A stretch of DNA of 64,000 nucleotides from positions 85,683 through 149,682 of the forward strand of contig JARKNX010000133.1 of assembly GCA_029976025.1 (NCBI GenBank), in the 5' to 3' direction. Below, piece by piece: positions 58,816 to 64,000 of the stretch. The notes under the pieces were generated by a model, which saw nothing but the letters and a program-made list of their open reading frames with translations, made no database searches and was not told where the DNA came from. The position numbers and the translations under genes are program-made. Source of the DNA: Aggregatilineales bacterium (GTDB taxonomy: Bacteria; Chloroflexota; Anaerolineae; Aggregatilineales; Ch27). The first letter of the stretch is position 1. Each line of letters opens with the position of its first letter.

Positions 58816-60528
58816 CTACCGCACAGCTGTGAAGTGAGTGGCGTCCCAGATTTTGGCCTCGCCAGTAGTCACCGGCTGGTTCTGGGCGTCCTGCACGTGA
58901 AGGACCCAGTTGGTCATGACGCAGTTGCTGCCGTCCTGATGCTGATCGGTGTTGAGCAGCATCAGGTAGGTGTACTGGTAAGGCGTGGTGTCGATGACGC
59001 CCTGCTTGCCCAGGCTGAAGACCTCGGCAAACCCGTTCTTGGAATTGACGCCGATGAGGGTCATATCCAGATTCGGCTGGTCCACCTCCACCGCATAGAC
59101 CCCCGGACGCCGGAACAGGACATAGTCCACCCCCAGCTGCTCTACACCCGACTGGCGGGGCTGCACCGCGCCCGCCCTTTCAACCAGAGCTTCTACCCGC
59201 ACCCCGCCGACGAAACGGGAGGCCAGCGGGTAGGCGCGCAGCAGGTTGCGGACGCCGTAACGCTGCACGATCGACTGGGGGGTTGTGTGCAGCTCGTCGG
59301 CCAGCACGTATAAGCTCTGCATGCCGTTATGCACGCCGATCAGCTCCCACAACCGCTGAATCGCCCGATGTCCGTAGTCCTGGGCAATCGAGTCAAGCAG
59401 TAGCCATTCGCCGTAGATACGCAGCCCGACTTCTCTGCTGACGAAGTCGCTGCCCACGCACCGGTCCGGGGTGGCGAACACATCTCCGACATAGGGAGAG
59501 GCATCCTCCTCTTCGGGGAAGACCTGGGTTTCCATCCAACTGGCCGAGGCCTCATAATACCAGCCTCCGCCGTAATCATTGACATCGTAGCCGAACTGAA
59601 TGGCGTGGTGGAACTCGTGGGCCAGCGTCGCCCGCAACAGGGCGAAGGCGTTCGGATCGCCGTCAAAATCATTGTCCACCCTGAGCGAGCTGTAGGTGGC
59701 GCTTGTCTCGATAGCGTCGGTATGGGGGTTATCGCCGCGCATAGCTTCCGGCATCGTTATCCCCATGGCATCATCGTTGTTGAGCGTATCGGCCAGGTAG
59801 ACATCGTACCGGTCGTCGCCTCCCTCACCGCAGTCCCGCGGCGGGATGGGCCAGCCGAACTCCACGATCTCCCGTTCCCACACCATATCCAGAATGGCGT
59901 ATGCTTCCTGGGCGTATTCCGGCGTGACGGCGTCCGCGCCGGAGAAGGTGTAGTGCAGGCGGAAGTGCTCGGTATCGCGCGTCTCTTCTGGCCCGCTCAG
60001 GCGCGGGCGTTCTTGCAGCACCGAACAATTGGTGAGATTCATGCCGAGGCCGTTAAGGGAAATAGCGGCGCGGGTTATTGACCCGGCCGGGTTGACGAAG
60101 GCATCCCCGGACGGACGGGCGCGCCCTTGCAGCACAGCAGGCATATCCAGGCCGACCAGCAAACGGTACTGCCCGGAGGTGGAGGCATCATAGCGGGTCA
60201 CCGCCAGCGTATAATCGCCATCCTCGGTCACAGTATATTGCAGCGCGGCGTTGAACCCCCCGCCGCTGTCATCATCTTCCCGCAAAATCTGCGACAGATC
60301 GCTATTGCCCAGGCCCAGATAACTGTCCAGCGAGCCTGAGGTCGCCTGCAGATGGGCATACAACACCTGGCCGGCCCGGGCGCTCACGGTATACAGGACG
60401 ACCTCCGACGTGCTGTCCACAACGCCGGTGAATTCCTGCACCGGGCCGAAGTTCTTCTGGGCGCTGACTGGGAGGGCCGTCAACAGCAGGAAAACTGCAA
60501 CCAGACCTGAAAGGAGACGAATGCGCAT
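58816..60528 (-). CDS. Secreted zinc metalloprotease with N-terminal PPC domain (MXAN_6640-like)
   Basis: Signal peptide MRIRLLSGLVAVFLLLTALPVSAQ. PPC-like YTVSARAGQVLYAHLQATSGSLDSYLGLG...DDDSGGG...DGDYTLAVTRYD. HExxH in TLAHEFHHAIQFGYD. Confidence 0.75.
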   Translation of the reverse strand: MRIRLLSGLVAVFLLLTALPVSAQKNFGPVQEFTGVVDSTSEVVLYTVSARAGQVLYAHLQATSGSLDSYLGLGNSDLSQILREDDDSGGGFNAALQYTVTEDGDYTLAVTRYDASTSGQYRLLVGLDMPAVLQGRARPSGDAFVNPAGSITRAAISLNGLGMNLTNCSVLQERPRLSGPEETRDTEHFRLHYTFSGADAVTPEYAQEAYAILDMVWEREIVEFGWPIPPRDCGEGGDDRYDVYLADTLNNDDAMGITMPEAMRGDNPHTDAIETSATYSSLRVDNDFDGDPNAFALLRATLAHEFHHAIQFGYDVNDYGGGWYYEASASWMETQVFPEEEDASPYVGDVFATPDRCVGSDFVSREVGLRIYGEWLLLDSIAQDYGHRAIQRLWELIGVHNGMQSLYVLADELHTTPQSIVQRYGVRNLLRAYPLASRFVGGVRVEALVERAGAVQPRQSGVEQLGVDYVLFRRPGVYAVEVDQPNLDMTLIGVNSKNGFAEVFSLGKQGVIDTTPYQYTYLMLLNTDQHQDGSNCVMTNWVLHVQDAQNQPVTTGEAKIWDATHFTAVR

Positions 60529-60843
60529 GAGGATTCTCCATGTTTACAATAAAGCCGGACGTCCGATGGGGCGAGGCATTGTTTTCTATTATAGATTGAT
60601 CGTGCCAGATTCGATACCGTACCCCCGTACGGGAGCCAGCGCGGCGGCAGGATGGGCATGACGCGACCACCAGCGGAGCCAGACGGAGGGGCAGTTGAGC
60701 ATACGGGAGGCGCCGGCGGTTTTGCGGGCTGGCGGAAATTGAGTCCGCCGAAAGGGCTGGCAGGAGGACGCCTTTAGCGCACCTGTTTGTGCCCCGGCCA
60801 GGCGTTTGGAGCGCCGGGCGCCCCGCCGCTCGCATATCGCCGG

Positions 60844-61569
60844 TCAGGATCGCCGCCGGGCCAGACTGACATAGTACAGCAACTGCAGGACAGCCGTCAC
60901 CGCCGCCGCAATGTAGGTCATGGCTGCCGCGGTGAGCACCGCCCGCGAGCCGCGGCGGTCATTCTCCGTCACCATCAGGCCCGATTCGGTCAGCATCGCC
61001 AGCCCGCGGCGGCTGGCGTTCACCTCCACCGGGATGGTCAACAGGGCGAAGAGCACGGTCAGGCCGAAGAAAATGATGCCCAGCCACAGCGCCCCGGCCA
61101 GGTTGAACAGCAGGCCGATGAGAATCAGGAAGTACGACACCTGCGGGCTGATCTGCACCGCCGGGACGAGGAAGTTGCGCATGGCGATCAGCGGGGAGTG
61201 TTCCTCGTGCTGCTGGGCATGTCCCAGCTCGTGCGCGGCGACAGCCATGGACACGACCGAGTTGCGGTTGCCCACTGGCTCGGAGAAGCGAACGGTGTGC
61301 GTGCGCGGATCGTAGTGATCGGTGAGCTGGCCGGGCACGGCGGCCAGCTTGATGCCGCTGCCAGAGATGCCCCCCATCCCGAATTCAGTTGTATCACCCA
61401 GCCTGGTCCGCTCAATCAGGACTCGCGCCACCTGCTGGCCGTTCAGGCCGGCTCCGTTGCGCACCTGGCTCCACTTCCCGTAGGCGGACTGGATATACAT
61501 CTGCGCGCCAAACGAGACGATTATCGAAAGGATGAACACAACGATATAAACAGGATCAATGAAGATCAT
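60844..61569 (-). CDS. Membrane zinc metallopeptidase (Zn_peptidase_2 / YugP-like)
   Basis: Start moved to the ATG at 61569 (MIFIDPVYIVVFILSIIVSFGAQMYIQSAYGKWS). HExxH in VAAHELGHAQQH. C-terminal TM helices. Confidence 0.8.
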   Translation of the reverse strand: MIFIDPVYIVVFILSIIVSFGAQMYIQSAYGKWSQVRNGAGLNGQQVARVLIERTRLGDTTEFGMGGISGSGIKLAAVPGQLTDHYDPRTHTVRFSEPVGNRNSVVSMAVAAHELGHAQQHEEHSPLIAMRNFLVPAVQISPQVSYFLILIGLLFNLAGALWLGIIFFGLTVLFALLTIPVEVNASRRGLAMLTESGLMVTENDRRGSRAVLTAAAMTYIAAAVTAVLQLLYYVSLARRRS

Positions 61570-61850
61570 GGACAGGACTCTCTTGACACTTACAGGGCAG
61601 GTTACTGGGGGGATTGTGTACCGGGCGCGAATCGCCGTCAAGGGGAGGAAACCGGGATTTACAGTCTTCTTATTATTATAGTGAAATGGCGCACAATCGG
61701 CTTCGAGATTCGCCAATTGATTTTGCTGGGGTATGATTGTAGCTGGCGGACGATTACCGGAAGTCACGGGGGGGCGCCAGACTCGTGCCAGCATTTCCCG
61801 TGCCATGTTGGAGCTGCATATCGCCTGTGTCACGTTTATTTGATCTGCCT

Positions 61851-63704
61851 ATGACCGAGACTTCCGTTGCGTTTAACCCCTTCCAGCGCGAGAATCGCCC
61901 GCGCGGCCTGCGTCGCTGGGTTCCCGGCTTGCAGACGCTGCACCTGTATCAGCGCGACTGGCTGCTCAAAGATATTTCCGCCGGCCTGGTGCTCACCGCC
62001 ATCCTCGTCCCGGTAGGCATGGGCTATGCCGAAGCCTCCGGCCTGCCCGTTATGTTCGGGCTGTACGCCACGATTATGTCGCTCCTGGCCTATGCCCTCT
62101 TCGGGCCGAGCCGCATTCTGGTGGTGGGGCCAGACTCCTCGCTGGCCGCCATCATTGCCGCGACGATCGTGCCGCTGGCCGCCGGCGACCCGGAGCGGCT
62201 GGTGGCGCTGGCCAGCATGCTGGCGCTGATAACGGGTTGTCTGTGCATCCTGGCCGGCCTGGCCCGCTTCGGCTTCATCGCCGATCTGCTCTCCAAGCCC
62301 ATCCGCATCGGGTATGTGAACGGCATCGCGCTGGCGATCTTCGTCGGCCAGTTGCCCCGGCTGCTGGGCTTCCCCTCCCACGGGGATAACCTGATCGAAG
62401 AGGCGGCCAGCATGGTTCAGGGCGTGGCACAGGGCCGGACTAACTGGACGACTCTGGCGATTGGCGTCGCCTGCCTGGCTGTCATCCTGTTCTTCAAGCG
62501 CCGCATCCCCAGAATTCCCGGCGTGCTCATCGCCGTTGTGGCGGCGACCATAGCCGTGGGCGCGTTTGACCTGGCGACGACGGCCGGCGTCTCGGTGGTA
62601 GGACTGCTGCCGCAGGGCCTGCCGTCCTTTCAGATACCGGTTGTCCCGCCGGAAGACCTGGGTGTTCTGGCTGCCGGCGCGATGGCGATCACGCTGGTCT
62701 CCCTGGCCGACACGAGCATGCTCTCCCGCACCTTCGCGCTGCGCGGCGGCTACGAGGTTGATGAGAATCAGGAGCTGATCGCGCTGGGCGCGGCGAACAT
62801 CGCCACCGGGTTCTTCCAGGGGTTTGCAATCAGCAGCAGCGCATCACGCACGCCGGTGGCGGAAGCGGCGGGCGCCCGGTCGCAGTTGACGGGTGTGGTG
62901 GGGGCGCTGTGCATCGCCCTGTTGCTGATCGCGGCGCCGTCTCTGTTGCAGAACGTGCCCAATGCCGCCCTGAGCGCAGTCGTGATCGGAGCCTGCCTGT
63001 CCCTGGCGGATGTCACCGGCGTTGCGCGTCTGTACCGCATGTGCCGTTCGGAGTTTGCCCTCTCCATTATCTGCTTTCTGGGTGTCGCCCTGATCGGCGT
63101 CATTCAGGGCATCTTCGTCGCCGTCGTGCTGGCGCTGCTCAATTTCATCTGGCGGGCGTGGCGGCCTTACGATGCGGTGCTGGGGTATATCGACGGGCTG
63201 CGGGGCTATCACGATATCACGCGCCGGCCCGAAGCGAAGCGTATCCCGGGGCTGGTCCTGTTCCGCTGGCATGCGCCGCTGTTCTTCGCCAATGCTGAAA
63301 TCTTCCACGAGCACGTGCTGCAGGCCATTGCCGAAGCGCCCACGCGCACAAAGTGGGTGATCGTTGCCGCCGAATCGGTGACCGATATCGATGTCACCGC
63401 GGCGGAAGTGCTCAGCGAGCTGGACGATGAGCTTCAGGCCGCGGGTATTGTGCTGTGCTTCACCGAAATGAAAGGCCCGGCCCGGGATCGCCTCACGCGG
63501 TACGGTCAGTTCACCACGCTTGGCGACCACCTGTTCTTCGACACTATCGATCAGGCGATTGACGATTACCTGGAAGAGCACCCGGTTGAACTGCAGAGCT
63601 GGGACGAGTCGCCGCAGTGGTACAGGGCGACGTGGGCGGCACAGGGTGAAACACGATCGCAGGTGCTGGGAGCCGAAAGGCGATGGCGCACAGGGCGCGG
63701 CTGA
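61851..63704 (+). CDS. SulP-family anion (sulfate/bicarbonate) permease with C-terminal STAS domain
   Basis: Start moved to the ATG at 61851. DISAGLVLTAILVPVGMGYAEASGLP and ELIALGAANIATGFFQGFAISSSASRT are SulP signatures. STAS: GLVLFRWHAPLFFANAEIF...ESVTDIDVTAAEVLSELDDEL. Confidence 0.85.
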   Translation: MTETSVAFNPFQRENRPRGLRRWVPGLQTLHLYQRDWLLKDISAGLVLTAILVPVGMGYAEASGLPVMFGLYATIMSLLAYALFGPSRILVVGPDSSLAAIIAATIVPLAAGDPERLVALASMLALITGCLCILAGLARFGFIADLLSKPIRIGYVNGIALAIFVGQLPRLLGFPSHGDNLIEEAASMVQGVAQGRTNWTTLAIGVACLAVILFFKRRIPRIPGVLIAVVAATIAVGAFDLATTAGVSVVGLLPQGLPSFQIPVVPPEDLGVLAAGAMAITLVSLADTSMLSRTFALRGGYEVDENQELIALGAANIATGFFQGFAISSSASRTPVAEAAGARSQLTGVVGALCIALLLIAAPSLLQNVPNAALSAVVIGACLSLADVTGVARLYRMCRSEFALSIICFLGVALIGVIQGIFVAVVLALLNFIWRAWRPYDAVLGYIDGLRGYHDITRRPEAKRIPGLVLFRWHAPLFFANAEIFHEHVLQAIAEAPTRTKWVIVAAESVTDIDVTAAEVLSELDDELQAAGIVLCFTEMKGPARDRLTRYGQFTTLGDHLFFDTIDQAIDDYLEEHPVELQSWDESPQWYRATWAAQGETRSQVLGAERRWRTGRG

Positions 63705-63781
63705 GCCGAAAGCATACCTGGCGCGGCTGTTCCGCGCTATGATTGGAAGTATGAGCCGGCTATCCCCGTGGAGGAAACGAC

Positions 63782-63985
63782 ATGGACCCCAAAGAACTCC
63801 AGATCGCATCGCTGCCGCCTGACGCCCTCCAGAAGCTCCAGGCGCTGGAGGCGGAGCTGGGCAAAGTGGTTGTGGCGTACACGCGCGAGCCGCGTCTGGC
63901 CCGGTTGGACGAAGAGCAGCTCCATAAGCTCCAGCAGCTTGAGGTAGAGCTGGGCGTCTACCTGCTGGCCTTCGAAAACCGGTAG
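63782..63985 (+). CDS. Small hypothetical protein with internal duplication
   Basis: 67 aa. LQKLQALEAELGKVVVAY and LHKLQQLEVELGVYLLAF are two copies of one helix-strand unit. No known motif. Confidence 0.4.
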   Translation: MDPKELQIASLPPDALQKLQALEAELGKVVVAYTREPRLARLDEEQLHKLQQLEVELGVYLLAFENR

Positions 63986-64000
63986 CACCTCAACCGGCGC

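Noticed and set aside
56317-59313. 521-aa and 465-aa plus-strand ORFs (56317-57882 and 57916-59313)
   Set aside because: They are antisense to genes with clear amidohydrolase (HxH, HAIGD, GSDAP), PfkB (GAGD) and metalloprotease motifs. Their translations are Arg/Gly/Pro-rich shadow sequence.

Overview
High-GC bacterial chromosomal window. Single 60-nt lines in typical genes count about two-thirds G+C. I call about 50 protein genes and find no rRNA, tRNA, CRISPR array, transposase or integrase. The gene styles suggest a Chloroflexota-like organism, but this is inference only: a giant class A PBP with a Pro-rich tail, a T-box leader, TIR/NACHT/HEAT giants and many glycoside hydrolases with sugar ABC systems.

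Layout:
- 3-9209: three co-directional genes encoding a membrane-anchored coiled-coil STAND-like ATPase, a 1449-aa TIR-NACHT-HEAT protein and a TIR/FGE-sulfatase-fold protein.
- 9.3-17.3 kb: secreted SH3b protein, GH3 beta-glucosidase, GNAT, RmuC-like protein, DUF554.
- 17.4-25.1 kb (minus strand): pseudo-receiver/Roadblock protein, Ser/Thr kinase, giant PBP1A.
- 25.3-28.2 kb: ECF sigma, ZAS anti-sigma, membrane proteins.
- 28.2-30.2 kb: T-box leader, a 56-aa membrane ORF absent from the supplied ORF track, serS.
- 30.5-33.7 kb: beta-propeller protein and GH31.
- 34-44.9 kb: a visibly lower-GC arabinoxylan-type sugar island with an ArsR-like regulator, two ABC systems, GH43 and GH51.
- 45.7-53.7 kb: chemotaxis-like operon (cheW, mcp, cheA-REC, cheB, cheY, cheW) ending in a second pseudo-receiver/Roadblock gene.
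- 53.7-56.1 kb: 793-aa protein built from about 17 'LAPxLP' helical repeats.
- 56.2-64 kb: amidohydrolase, PfkB kinase, two metallopeptidases, SulP permease.

The best candidate for an undescribed system is the TIR/STAND cluster at the left edge. It has two TIR domains that both keep the catalytic-type Glu, two P-loop switch ATPases, and two different sensor modules (HEAT arrays and a Cys-less FGE-sulfatase fold). It has none of the partner genes of the named TIR systems. Its first gene appears to be cut by the window boundary.

Many very long antisense ORFs are high-GC shadow frames and were rejected.
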